A program made the position numbers and the translations under genes. A stretch of DNA of 64,000 bases from Vicinamibacteria bacterium (GTDB lineage: Bacteria > Acidobacteriota > Vicinamibacteria > Marinacidobacterales > Marinacidobacteraceae): NCBI GenBank assembly GCA_965199715.1, contig OZ241322.1, forward strand, positions 1,184,001-1,248,000. The letters run 5' to 3'. The notes under the pieces are model-generated. The model had not been told where the DNA came from, ran no database searches, and saw only the letters and a list, made by a program, of their open reading frames with translations. The first letter of the stretch is position 1; every line of letters begins with the position of its first letter. This document shows positions 21,272 through 31,304 of this stretch, piece by piece.

Positions 21272-22120
21272 TCAGCCGAGGAGCGCCTGGAGGTCCAGCC
21301 GGCCGCCGGCGAGCGGGGGACACCAGTAGTACGCCCCGTCGAGCGGACGCGAGAAGTGGAACAGCGCGTCCACGATTCCGTCGTCCTCGCCGGCCATCCG
21401 GCGAAGCTGCTGCTCGAAGGGGTCGAGCCCGCTTCCGAACGCGACGAACACGAGACCCTGGCCGGTCGGATCCGCCCACGGCATGGAACGCCGCCAGACG
21501 AACGCGTGCGGGTCGAAGGACTCCTGCTCGGTGCGCTTCACGTGGGCGGTCGGGGGCGCGTCGGCGATCTCGGCGTTGTCGCGAAGGCGCCGCCCGATGA
21601 CGAGGTCGCGCCCGTGCGCCCCGAACCGGGCGAAGCGCTCGAGGTCGTGCGCCCACCGCTGGACCGCGACGAAGGAGCCGCCGTCCTCGGTCAGCGCGAC
21701 CCCCGGGGCCTTCTCCGGTGACGGGTTCTCGGTCCCGTCCTCGTATCCGGTCAGGTCGCGGGAGCCGTGCGAGAACCCCTCGGTCGCCTGATCGAAGGCG
21801 AAGGCGGGAGCGAGCGCCCTCTCGACCCGCGCCGCCTGAGCCACGAGGTCGCCGCGCCGGGCGGAGCGGAGCCACGTCCACAGCGCGCCGGGGATGGACG
21901 GAACCGAAGCGAACGCCGGGAACGTCCGCAGGCCGGGGACATCCGCCCCCAGCTCGCGCACGAGCGACGCGCCCACGCCGACCACCGCCGAGCCGTCCGC
22001 CGGAAGCGCCGAGAGGTTGGCGAGCGCCGCCCGGGGGTCCGAGCCGGGGACCCGGCGCCAACGCAGGAACCGGGCGTGCGCGGGCAGGTCGGCGAGAATC
22101 CCCGGTTGTGCGCTCTTCAC
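21272..22120 (-). CDS. Dye-decolorizing (DyP-type) peroxidase
   Basis: RDLTGYEDGTENP (GXXDG), GGSFVAVQRW.HD, AHVKR, RRSMPW. Confidence 0.92.
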   Translation of the reverse strand: MKSAQPGILADLPAHARFLRWRRVPGSDPRAALANLSALPADGSAVVGVGASLVRELGADVPGLRTFPAFASVPSIPGALWTWLRSARRGDLVAQAARVERALAPAFAFDQATEGFSHGSRDLTGYEDGTENPSPEKAPGVALTEDGGSFVAVQRWAHDLERFARFGAHGRDLVIGRRLRDNAEIADAPPTAHVKRTEQESFDPHAFVWRRSMPWADPTGQGLVFVAFGSGLDPFEQQLRRMAGEDDGIVDALFHFSRPLDGAYYWCPPLAGGRLDLQALLG

Positions 22121-22125
22121 GTCCG

Positions 22126-23508
22126 GTGAATTTTATTGCGGGCCTGCTCCTCGCCGCGCTCCCGGCCGCGGGGAAGGACACGCCGATCTTCACGAGCGAC
22201 TTCCCGGCGAGCGAGTTCGCCGCCCGCCGGGCGCGGGTGCTGGAAGCGATCGCCCCGGACGTCGTGCTCCTCCAGGGCGCCGCCTCGCCGCTCGGGTACG
22301 TCCGCTTCCGCCAGCCGAACTCGTTCTGCTATCTGACCGGCGTGGAGGCGCCGCACGCCTGCCTGCTGCGGGACGGGCGCGAGGGGCGTTCGGTGCTCTA
22401 CCTGCCGCCCCGCGACGAGCGCCGCGAGTCCTCGGAGGGGCGGTTGCTGAGCGCGAGCGACCGCGAGCTCGCGATGGAGCGGACCGGCGTGGACGACGCG
22501 CGCCCGGCGTGGATGCTCGCGGACGATCTCGCCCGGCCGGACCCGGCGGTGGTCCATGCGCCGCTCGCGTCGGCCGAACTCGCCGGGATGAGCCGGGACC
22601 TCGCGACCCGCGGGACCGCCGACATCGCGAAGGATCCGTGGGACGGCCGGGAATCGCGGGAGGCCGTGTTCGCGAACCATCCGCGCGAACGGGGGATCGA
22701 GGTCCGCGACCTGAGCCCGGTCCTGGACTCGATGCGCCTCGTCAAGAGCGAGCGCGAGGTCCGCCTGATCCGCAAGGCCACCGAGCTCTCCGGGCGGGCG
22801 CTCATGGAGGCGATGCGCTCCACCCGTCCGGGCGTCCGGGAGCACGAGCTGGACGCGATCGGGAAGTTCGTCTTCTTCCGGAGCGGGGCGCAGGCCGACG
22901 CCCGCCGCTCGCTCGTCGCGACCGGGACCAACGCCTGGCGCCCGCACCGCCACCGGGGCGCCAGCGAGCTTCGGGAGGGGGAGCTGGTCCTCATGGACTA
23001 CGGGTCCGACGTCGGCTACTACACGAGCGACGTGACCCGGATGCGGCCGGTGGACGGGACCTTCCGGGGGTGGCGGCGCGACCTCTACGGCTTCCATCTC
23101 ACGTGCTGCCGGGCGATCCTCGACGCGATCCGGCCCGGCGACGTCGCCGCCGTGATGGCCGCACTACCGAACCGCGCCGCCGAGGCCTTCGTCGCGTCGT
23201 GCCGGGCCCGCGCCGAGAGTCGGCCGAGCGGCATGGGCCACGGCGTGGGGATGGCGGCGCATGACTTGGGGAGCGGCGACGGCGCGCTCGTTCCGGGGAT
23301 GGTCTTCACCATCGAGCCCCAGTTCCGGGTTCCCGAGGAGCGGATCTGCATCCGCCTCGAGGACGTGCCGCTCATCACCGACGACGGCGTGGAGAATCTC
23401 TCCGGGTTCGTCCCGCTGGACATGGACGCTATCGAGGAATTGATGCGCGAGCCCGGCATGCTCGATCGCTACCCGAGGGAACTTCCGGCGCGGCCGAACG
23501 TTCGCTAG
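22126..23508 (+). pseudogene. Xaa-Pro aminopeptidase (M24) gene with an open frame but heavy degeneration; probable pseudogene
   Basis: M24 motifs (MRLVKS..E, SDVTR, GH.VGM..HD, FTIEP, RLED) with many conserved Tyr/Trp/Leu replaced by Cys/His/Arg/Pro and an apparent internal deletion near 23160. Confidence 0.7.
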
Positions 23509-23513
23509 ACACG

Positions 23514-25949
23514 ATGCGGCACGCCTTCGGCGAGGCTTTCCGGAGCCTGTCCCGCCAGCCCGGCTTCGCCGCGCTGGTCGTGCTTCCGCTCGGGCTCGGA
23601 ATCGGCGCCGTGGCGACGGTGTTCTCGGCGGTGCACGGAGTCCTGCTGAAGCCGCCGCCGTTCGCCGACCCCGACGCGCTGGTGCAGGTCTGGGAGCGGC
23701 GGCCGCGGCTCTCGATCCCCGACGAAGTGGCGGCCATGTCCACGGACCACTTCCGCGAGTGGCGCGACGTGGCCCGGGCGTTCGACGGGATGGCCATGTA
23801 CGGGGACGCGGGGGTCGCCTACACCGGGCTCGCCGCGTCGCCGGGGCCGCCCCGGCCGCTGCGAGCCGAGCGAGTGTCGCCGGCGCTGTTCGACGTGCTC
23901 GGGGTCGGCCCCGCCCGGGGCCGCTCGTTCCTTCCCGAGGAGGAGACTCCCGGGCGCGACCGGACGGCGATCCTGAGCCACGCCTTCTGGACCCGGGAGT
24001 TCGGGGCGGACCCGGCGATCCTCGGGCGGTCGCTGCTGCTCGACGACGTCCCCCGGGAGATCGTCGGGATCATGCCGGCCGAGTTCGGGTTCCCGATCCC
24101 CACCACCGAGATCTACCTCCCCTACCCGGTGGAGCCGCCGCAGCCGCCCGGCCAGGGCGTGCGGCTGGAGCTGGTCCAGGTCGTGGCCCGTCTCAAGGAC
24201 GGCGTCGCGCCCGAGCAGGCGGAGGCGGAAGCGACCGCGCTCCTCGCCCGGCTGAGCGAGGAGAGCGAGGTCGAGCGGATGCTCAACGAGGGAGCCTCGG
24301 TCCACCTCGTCTCCTTCGTGGAGCGATCGACCGCGCGGCTGCGGAACCCGCTGTACGCGCTGTTCGGGGTCACCCTGCTCGTGCTCCTCATCGCCTGCGG
24401 CAACGTGGTGAACCTGCTGCTCACCCGCGCCGCCGGCCAGGAGCGCGAGCTGGCGGTGCGCGCCGCGCTCGGGGCCGGCCGCGGCGTCCTCTTCCGCCGC
24501 CTCTTCGCCGAGAGCTGCCTGCTGGCGGCCGGGGCCGGGCTCGCCGGGGTCCTGCTGAGCGTTCCCGGGGCGGCGCTCGTGCGCTCGCTCGGCGATCTCG
24601 GGCTCCCGCGCCTCGCGAACGCGGGCGTGAGCCCGGCCGTGCTGGGCTTCACCTTCGCCGTGGCGGCGGTCGCCGCGATCGGATTCGGCGTGCTGCCGGC
24701 GTTCCGGGCGTCCGCCGGCAACCCGGCGACCGCGCTCGGAGGCTCGGCGCGGAGCGACTCGGCGGGGCTCCTCGGGTCGCGCCGCGGCGTCTTCGCCTCG
24801 CTCCAGCTCGCGCTGGCGCTGCCGCTGCTGATCGGCGCCGGCCTGCTCACCCGCAGCTTCCTCAACCTCGTCGAGACCCACCCGGGCTACGAGGCCGAAA
24901 ACACGCTCGCCTTCTCGCTCCCCCTGCCCGACGCCCGCTACCCGACCCCGGAGAACAAGCTCGCGGCGCTCGACGCGCTCCAGGAGTCGCTCGCCGCGAT
25001 TCCCGGGGTGGAGCGCGCCGCGTTCACGAACACGCTTCCGCTCGGGGGCGAGCGCGCCATCATCGGGTTCCGGCGGCTCGGCGACGCTCCGACGACCGAC
25101 CCGAACCAGGTTCCCCGGGCGCTCCTGCGGCGGGTGACTCCCGGCTACTTCCGGGCCATGGGCATTCCGCTCCGGCAGGGACGGACCTACGCGCCCGAGG
25201 ATCGCGCCGGAACCGGGATCGTCGTGAACGAGGCGCTCGTGGAGCAGTACCTCGAGGTCGAGCCGGTGGGATTCGAGATCCTCCCGATGGGGCCGATCCT
25301 CGGCGTGGTGGGGAACGTGCAGCCGGACGGGCCGGAAGTCCCGCCCGAGCCGATGATCTACGAGCTGGCCCGGGCCTCGGCCGTCGGCGAGGCGATGTAC
25401 GGGAACATGTCGGCGGTGCTGCGGATCGCGCCGGGCGCCGAGACGCTGCCCGCCGTCGCCGACCGCATCCGGGAGTTCGACCCGGAACTCGCCCCGCTGA
25501 ACCCGCGGGGCCTCGACGACCGCATCCGCGATTCGGTGGCCCAGCCCCGGCTCTACGCCGCGCTCATGGGGGGCTTCGCCGGAATCGCGGCGCTGCTCGC
25601 GGCGTGGGGGGTCTTCGGGGTCGTGCGGCGCCGCGCGGCGGGCAGCATTCCATCCTACGGGGTGCGCATGGCGCTCGGCGCGACTCCCGCCGCCATTCGG
25701 GCGCTCGTGCTGCGGGACGGCCTGCGGATCGCGGCCTTCGGCCTGGCGCCCGGCGTCCTGCTCGCGGCGCTGCTCTCGCTGGCCGCCGGCGCCGAGCTGA
25801 GCCCGTTCCTCTTCCTCGTGGAGCCGCTCGATCCGGCGGTGCACGTCCTTGTCCCGGCGGGCCTTCTGGCGGTGCTGCTGCTCGCGAGCCTGGGCCCCGC
25901 CCGCACCGCGTCGCGGATTCCGGTCGCGGAGGCGCTCCGCCATGAGTAG
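23514..25949 (+). CDS. ADOP-type duplicated MacB/FtsX ABC transporter permease
   Basis: LGLGIGA.ATVFS, VLLIACGNVVNLLL.RA...RELAVRAALGAGR, GAGLL.RSF, RMALGA; two permease halves. Confidence 0.9.
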   Translation: MRHAFGEAFRSLSRQPGFAALVVLPLGLGIGAVATVFSAVHGVLLKPPPFADPDALVQVWERRPRLSIPDEVAAMSTDHFREWRDVARAFDGMAMYGDAGVAYTGLAASPGPPRPLRAERVSPALFDVLGVGPARGRSFLPEEETPGRDRTAILSHAFWTREFGADPAILGRSLLLDDVPREIVGIMPAEFGFPIPTTEIYLPYPVEPPQPPGQGVRLELVQVVARLKDGVAPEQAEAEATALLARLSEESEVERMLNEGASVHLVSFVERSTARLRNPLYALFGVTLLVLLIACGNVVNLLLTRAAGQERELAVRAALGAGRGVLFRRLFAESCLLAAGAGLAGVLLSVPGAALVRSLGDLGLPRLANAGVSPAVLGFTFAVAAVAAIGFGVLPAFRASAGNPATALGGSARSDSAGLLGSRRGVFASLQLALALPLLIGAGLLTRSFLNLVETHPGYEAENTLAFSLPLPDARYPTPENKLAALDALQESLAAIPGVERAAFTNTLPLGGERAIIGFRRLGDAPTTDPNQVPRALLRRVTPGYFRAMGIPLRQGRTYAPEDRAGTGIVVNEALVEQYLEVEPVGFEILPMGPILGVVGNVQPDGPEVPPEPMIYELARASAVGEAMYGNMSAVLRIAPGAETLPAVADRIREFDPELAPLNPRGLDDRIRDSVAQPRLYAALMGGFAGIAALLAAWGVFGVVRRRAAGSIPSYGVRMALGATPAAIRALVLRDGLRIAAFGLAPGVLLAALLSLAAGAELSPFLFLVEPLDPAVHVLVPAGLLAVLLLASLGPARTASRIPVAEALRHE

Positions 25950-27408
25950 CTTCCGCAAGTACCGCTCGGTCCTGCTCCTCGCGGCGGCCGGGGTCGCGGT
26001 GGCGGCGCAGGCGCTCCGCCACGAACCCGCCGAGGAATCGGCCGGGGTCGCCGGCGCGCTCGCGCCGTGCGCCGACGAGAGCGGGCGGTGCGGGGTCGTC
26101 GAGGTTCCCGAGGATCCGGCCCGGCCCGACGGTCGCGCGATCGGCCTCAACGTCCGGGTGCTGCCGGCGACCGGGCAGGAGACCCGCCCGGACCCGCTGT
26201 TCATCCTCGCCGGCGGCCCCGGGCAGGCGGCCACCGACGTCGCCCCGCTCGTCGCCCCGCTGCTCGGGGACGTGCGGGAACGCCGCGACCTGGTGTTCGT
26301 GGACCAGCGCGGGACGGGCGCGTCGAATCCGCTGACCTGCGAGATCGACGAGGAGGCGGCGCTCGATTCAGGGCGGGTCTCGCTCAGCCGGGAGGATGTC
26401 GAGAGCTGCCTCGCCGAGCTGGACGCCGACCCGCGCTTCTACGCGACGCCGGTCGCGATGGACGACCTCGATCGGGTGCGCGACGCGCTCGGATACGAGG
26501 AGATCAACCTCTGGGGAGGCTCCTACGGCACCCGCGCGGCCTCGGTGTACATGCGCCGGCATCCCGACCGCGTCCGCGCCGCGATCCTCGACGGGATGGC
26601 GCCGGTCCACATGAGCCTGCCGCTCCATTTCGCCGCCGACGGCCAGCGCGCGCTCGACCTGGCGCTGTCGGCCTGCGCCGAGGATCCCGCCTGCGCGGAG
26701 CGCTTCGGCTCGCTCGGCGCCTCGATCGAGGATCTGCTCCGCAGCCTCGACCACGACCCGCCCGAGCGGGTCCCGGTCCGCCACCCGCGCACCGGCGAGT
26801 GGGAGGAAGTCCCGCTGGGCCGCGACGCGGTGGCCGCCGCGCTGCGGGGCGTGCTCTATTCGCCGAACCTCACCACGCTGGTTCCGCTGATCGTGGAGCA
26901 GGCGCTCGTCGGCGACTTCGGCCCGCTGGCGGTGCTCTCGGACCCCGTCGGCGGGCCGCAGCTGGAGCTCGGCATGTTCCTCTCGGTGGTCTGCGCCGAG
27001 GACGTCCCGTTCCTCGATCGCGCGGAAGCGGAGCGCGCCGGCGGCGACACGATCTTCGGCCACTTCATCGTGGACGCCTTCGCCGAATCCTGCGTCCACT
27101 GGCCGAGCGGCTCGATCCCGGACGGCTACCGGGAGCCGGTGCGCTCGGACGCCCCGACGCTGCTGCTCTCGGGCGAGCTGGACCCGGTGACGCCGCCGCA
27201 CTGGGCGGACCGCGCCGCCGAGACGCTCCCCAATTCCCGCCACCTGGTGATTCCCGGGACCGGGCACGGCACGCTGCGCGCCGGGTGCGTCCCCTCGCTC
27301 ATCGCCGAGTTCCTCGAGACTGCGGACCCCCGGGCGCTGGACGCTTCGTGCGCCGAGGAGATCTCGCGACCGCCGTTCTGGACGGCCCCCACCGGACCCC
27401 GCCCATGA
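25942..27408 (+). CDS. Secreted alpha/beta hydrolase (TAP-like peptidase)
   Basis: GGPG, DQRGTG.S, GGSYGT nucleophile, DPVTP, GHG; signal peptide. Confidence 0.88.
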   Translation: MSSFRKYRSVLLLAAAGVAVAAQALRHEPAEESAGVAGALAPCADESGRCGVVEVPEDPARPDGRAIGLNVRVLPATGQETRPDPLFILAGGPGQAATDVAPLVAPLLGDVRERRDLVFVDQRGTGASNPLTCEIDEEAALDSGRVSLSREDVESCLAELDADPRFYATPVAMDDLDRVRDALGYEEINLWGGSYGTRAASVYMRRHPDRVRAAILDGMAPVHMSLPLHFAADGQRALDLALSACAEDPACAERFGSLGASIEDLLRSLDHDPPERVPVRHPRTGEWEEVPLGRDAVAAALRGVLYSPNLTTLVPLIVEQALVGDFGPLAVLSDPVGGPQLELGMFLSVVCAEDVPFLDRAEAERAGGDTIFGHFIVDAFAESCVHWPSGSIPDGYREPVRSDAPTLLLSGELDPVTPPHWADRAAETLPNSRHLVIPGTGHGTLRAGCVPSLIAEFLETADPRALDASCAEEISRPPFWTAPTGPRP

Positions 27409-28118
27409 TCGAGGCCGCCGGGCTCCGCAAGACCTTCGGCGAGGTCGTCGCGGTGGACGAGGTCAGCTTCTCGGTCGCCGACGGGAGCGTGACCGGCCTG
27501 CTCGGCCCGAACGGCGCGGGCAAGTCCACCACGCTGCGGATGCTCTACGGCCTCATGAAGCCGAACGCCGGGAGCGTCGCGGTGGACGGCGTCGCCGTCA
27601 GCGAGGATCCGGTCGGCGCGCAGAAGCGGATCGGGGCGCTGCCCGACTCCCACGCGCTGTATCCGCGGCTCACCGGCCGGGAGAACGTCGAGTACTTCGC
27701 GGCGCTGCGCGGAGTCCCGAAGGCGGACGCCGACGCCCGCATCGCCGAGTACGCCCAGCTCATGAACATGGGGGGATTCCTCGACCGGCGCGCCCGCGGC
27801 TATTCGCACGGCGAGCGTTCACGGGTGCTGCTGGCGCGGGCGCTGGTCCACGATCCGCAGAACGTGCTGCTCGACGAGCCCACGAACGGGCTCGACGTGA
27901 TGAGCACCCGCAGCATGCGCGACCTCATCGTCGAGCTGCGGCGCCGGGGACGGGCGGTGCTCTTCTCGAGCCACATCATGCAGGAGGTCTCGCTCCTGTG
28001 CGACCGGATCGTGATCGTCGCCGCCGGACGGGTCGTGGCCGACGGCGAGCCCGACCAGATCCGGCGGATCGCCGGCACCGACGACCTCGAGGACGCCTTC
28101 GTGCGGCTCACCGGCTGA
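27405..28118 (+). CDS. ABC transporter ATP-binding protein (NatA-like)
   Basis: GPNGAGKST, LLDEPTNGLD, SSHIMQEV. Confidence 0.92.
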   Translation: MIEAAGLRKTFGEVVAVDEVSFSVADGSVTGLLGPNGAGKSTTLRMLYGLMKPNAGSVAVDGVAVSEDPVGAQKRIGALPDSHALYPRLTGRENVEYFAALRGVPKADADARIAEYAQLMNMGGFLDRRARGYSHGERSRVLLARALVHDPQNVLLDEPTNGLDVMSTRSMRDLIVELRRRGRAVLFSSHIMQEVSLLCDRIVIVAAGRVVADGEPDQIRRIAGTDDLEDAFVRLTG

Positions 28119-29281
28119 TGCGCACCGTCCTCGTCGTCTTCAGGAAGGAGCTGCTGGAGGGGGTCCGCGACCGGCGCGCCCTCATCGCGGTGGCGTTCTC
28201 GATCAGCGTCTTCCCGGTCCTGATGCTCCTCATGGGCAACTTCGCGAACCGGATTCGAAGCGAAGTCCGGGACATGGAGATCCCGGTCGAGGGCGCCGAG
28301 CGCGCGCCCAACCTGGTCGAGTGGCTGGAGCAGCAGCGCGGGATCTCCATCGCGCCGGCGCCGGAGGATCCGGTGGAAGCGGTCCGGAACCGGGACGCGG
28401 ACGTCGTGCTGCGGATTCCCGAGGACTACGCGGAGCGCTTCGCCGAGGCGCGACCGGCGGAGCTGGACGTGGTGGCCGACAGCTCGCGCCCGGCGGCGTC
28501 CGCCAAGGCGCAGCGGGTGGAGGAGCTGCTCGAACGCTACGGCGGCGAGATCGGGGCGATGCGGCTCGTGGCCCGGGGCGTGAGCCCGATGGTCGTGACG
28601 CCGCTCGAGGTGGACCGAACCGAGGTCGTGAGCGAGCGCCGGCGCACGGTATTCGGGGTGCTCTCGTTCATCCCGATGTTCCTGCTGATGAACGCCTTCA
28701 TGGGCGGGATGCAGATCGCCGCCGACTCGGTCGCCGGCGAACGCGAGCGCGGCAGCATCGAATCGTTGCTGCTGAACGCGGTTCCGGCGCGCCGGCTGAT
28801 CTACGGCAAGTGGGCGGCGGCGTCCGCGTTCGGCCTCCTGCTCACGGTGCTGGGGCTCATTTCCTGCCTCGTCGTGCTTCGTTTCATGCCGGGGAACATG
28901 AACGTCGCCGCGACCGCCGCGGACTGGGCGCTCGTCCTCGTCGTGGCGCTTCCGCTCGCGTTCCTGACCGCGGCGCTCCAGGTCGTCGTGGCCACGTACG
29001 CGAAGTCCTACAAGGAGGCGCAGACCTACTTCGGCTACCTCGTGATGCTGCCGATGCTCCCGTTCTTCGCGGTGACCTTCAACCTCATCGAGCGGGGCAC
29101 GTGGAGCGCCTTCATCCCCATCCTCGGCCACTACCTGACGGTGCTGGATCTCGTGGCCGGCGAGCCCGTCGCGGCGTGGGAGATCCAGACGCTCGGGCTG
29201 CTCGTGGTCGCGTTCACGCTGGCGCTACTGCGGTTCGCCTCGTCGCTGTTCGTGCGCGAGAGCGTCGTCTTCACCCGCTGA
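28118..29281 (+). CDS. ABC-2 transporter permease (NatB-like)
   Basis: RKEL....RDRR, AGERERGSIESLL, AKSYKEAQ. Confidence 0.88.
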   Translation: MRTVLVVFRKELLEGVRDRRALIAVAFSISVFPVLMLLMGNFANRIRSEVRDMEIPVEGAERAPNLVEWLEQQRGISIAPAPEDPVEAVRNRDADVVLRIPEDYAERFAEARPAELDVVADSSRPAASAKAQRVEELLERYGGEIGAMRLVARGVSPMVVTPLEVDRTEVVSERRRTVFGVLSFIPMFLLMNAFMGGMQIAADSVAGERERGSIESLLLNAVPARRLIYGKWAAASAFGLLLTVLGLISCLVVLRFMPGNMNVAATAADWALVLVVALPLAFLTAALQVVVATYAKSYKEAQTYFGYLVMLPMLPFFAVTFNLIERGTWSAFIPILGHYLTVLDLVAGEPVAAWEIQTLGLLVVAFTLALLRFASSLFVRESVVFTR

Positions 29282-29990
29282 CGAACGCCCGCCGCCGCTT
29301 GCGGGCTTCGACGAGGCCGGACCAGCCGGGCGACGGAACCCACGGCGCGGCCGCCCGCGCCATGGCGATGCGGTGGATGCGCCGGCCTTCGGCCAGGTAC
29401 TTGCGCTCGAAGTTCGAGCCGGCCGCCTCGCCCGCTCCGGCGGCCCCGGGCGGCGGGTACGGCACCTCCCCGAGCGCGGCGCGCCCGGCGGCGGCCGCGC
29501 GGACGTCCACGAAGTAGGACTCGAAGTCGGTAGCGACCCTGAGCAGCGCTCCCGGCGCGAGCGCGCGCTCGACCGCCTCGAGGAAGCCCGCGTCCACGAG
29601 CCGGCGGTTCCGGTGGCGCCGCTTCGGCCACGGATCGGGGAAGTACACGTGGACTCCGTCGAGCGAGCCCTCGGGAAGCGCCAGCAGGAGGTCGAGGCCG
29701 TCGCCGTGGACGATCCGGGCGTTCGCGCATTCCCGGCGGCGCAGTCGATCCGCGGCGTGGCGGAAGTAGCGCCGGGCCAGCTCCACGCCGAGGAACAGGC
29801 GTTCGGGATGCGCTCCGGCGGCCGCCACGAGGAACGATCCCTTGCCGGAGCCGATCTCGAGCTCCAGCGGGGCGTTCGGCGGCGCGTCGAACAGATCCCG
29901 CGGCGCGAACGGTTCCGGGAGCTCGGCGAACGCGAGTCCGAAGCCCTCGATCCGGGCGCCGGCGCGCGCCCGGATGTGGCTGCGCGGCAT
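29271..29990 (-). CDS. trmB: tRNA (guanine-N7)-methyltransferase
   Basis: LEIGSGKG, YFPDPWPKRRH..RRL, ATD...Y, SNFERKY. Confidence 0.93.
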   Translation of the reverse strand: MPRSHIRARAGARIEGFGLAFAELPEPFAPRDLFDAPPNAPLELEIGSGKGSFLVAAAGAHPERLFLGVELARRYFRHAADRLRRRECANARIVHGDGLDLLLALPEGSLDGVHVYFPDPWPKRRHRNRRLVDAGFLEAVERALAPGALLRVATDFESYFVDVRAAAAGRAALGEVPYPPPGAAGAGEAAGSNFERKYLAEGRRIHRIAMARAAAPWVPSPGWSGLVEARKRRRAFVSG

Positions 29991-30767
29991 TCAGCGGCGG
30001 CGCTGCGCGAACAGCCACTCGTAGAGGCCGTCCTCGCGGTACGCCCGCACCCACGAGTCGTGCCCGACCCCCGCGTATTCCGTGTAGCGGGGCGGGCTGC
30101 CCGCGGCCTCGAGCGCCGCGGCCATCCGGCGGCTCTCCTCCGCCGGCACGGTGCGGTCGTCCGCGCCGTGGAAGATCCAGATCGGGACGTCCCGAAGCGC
30201 CCGCGCGGTCTCCGTCCACGGATCCTCGGGATGCACCGCCGCCGGATGCCAGTCGGGAACGCCGAGCCGGGAACGTCGTCCGGGCGACACGCCGCCGCAG
30301 ACCGGGACGAGCGCGGCGAACCGGTCGGGCTCCCGGTACGCGAACGCCCACGTCCCGTACCCGCCGAGCGAGAGCCCGGTCAGGTACACGCGGTCGGGAT
30401 CGCCGCCGAACTCGGCCATCGCCGCGTCGAGCGCGTGGATCGCGGCGGCGGCGACCCGCTCGTCGCCCCACCACGCCCGGCGCGGGGTCTGCGGCAGGAC
30501 CACGACCGCGGGAAAGTCGCCGCGCTCGCGGATCGCCTTCGGCAGCCCGATGTCCATCTGGCGTTCGCCGTCGGTTCCGCTCTCGCCGCGCCCGTGGAGG
30601 AAGAGCACCACCAGCGGCGATTCGGCCTCGCCCCGCAGCACGGCGTCCGGGACATAGACCTGCCAGCGGACGAGGCGCCCCCCGATCTCGGCGCTGCGCG
30701 GCTGGAACTCGCCGGCGGCCGCCGGCGGAGGCCCCAGAAGCAGGAAGAGGAGCGCCAGCCGTCGCAT
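29991..30767 (-). CDS. Secreted esterase/peptidase (alpha/beta hydrolase)
   Basis: LFLHGRGE.G, RVYLTGLSLGG, FHGADD, GHDSW. Confidence 0.85.
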   Translation of the reverse strand: MRRLALLFLLLGPPPAAAGEFQPRSAEIGGRLVRWQVYVPDAVLRGEAESPLVVLFLHGRGESGTDGERQMDIGLPKAIRERGDFPAVVVLPQTPRRAWWGDERVAAAAIHALDAAMAEFGGDPDRVYLTGLSLGGYGTWAFAYREPDRFAALVPVCGGVSPGRRSRLGVPDWHPAAVHPEDPWTETARALRDVPIWIFHGADDRTVPAEESRRMAAALEAAGSPPRYTEYAGVGHDSWVRAYREDGLYEWLFAQRRR

Positions 30768-30803
30768 GCGGCGGGAATGCTACCCATCGCTACACTGCCG
30801 CGC

Positions 30804-31304
30804 ATGCGTTTCGCGAAGGCGCTGGCGGACGAGTTCCGCAAGGAGAGCGCGGCCACGCGCACGTTTCTCGAGCGGTTCCCCGCGGACCGCGCCGACTTCC
30901 GGCCGCACGAGAAGTCCATCACCATCGGGGAGTTGGCGTGCCACGTCATCGAGCTTCCGGAGTGGGCCTTCACCGTGCTCCGGGACCCGGAGTTCAATTT
31001 CGCGGGGTGGAAGCACCGGCCGCTCGGCCTGACGACCGCAGCGGCCATGGTCGAAGCGCACGACCGGATCACCGAGCGCGTGCTCGAGTTCGTCTCGGGA
31101 GTCGCCGACGAGGCCGCCGGGGAGACCTGGACGATGCGCAGCGGAGACCACGTCCGGTTCAAGACGCCGCGCGCGGCGGCGATCCGCGAGTTCGTGCTCA
31201 GCCACCTGATCCACCACCGGGGCCAGCTCAGCGTGTACTTCCGGCTCCTCGACGTCCCGGTCCCGGGCGCGTATGGTCCCTCGGCGGACGACCGGCAGGG
31301 GTAA
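30804..31304 (+). CDS. DinB family protein
   Basis: RPHEKS..IGELACH, HLIHHRGQLSVYFRLLDVPVP..YGPSAD. Confidence 0.9.
   Translation: MRFAKALADEFRKESAATRTFLERFPADRADFRPHEKSITIGELACHVIELPEWAFTVLRDPEFNFAGWKHRPLGLTTAAAMVEAHDRITERVLEFVSGVADEAAGETWTMRSGDHVRFKTPRAAAIREFVLSHLIHHRGQLSVYFRLLDVPVPGAYGPSADDRQG

Noticed and set aside
21272-22120. DyP as encapsulin cargo
   Set aside because: No encapsulin gene is adjacent and there is no C-terminal targeting extension
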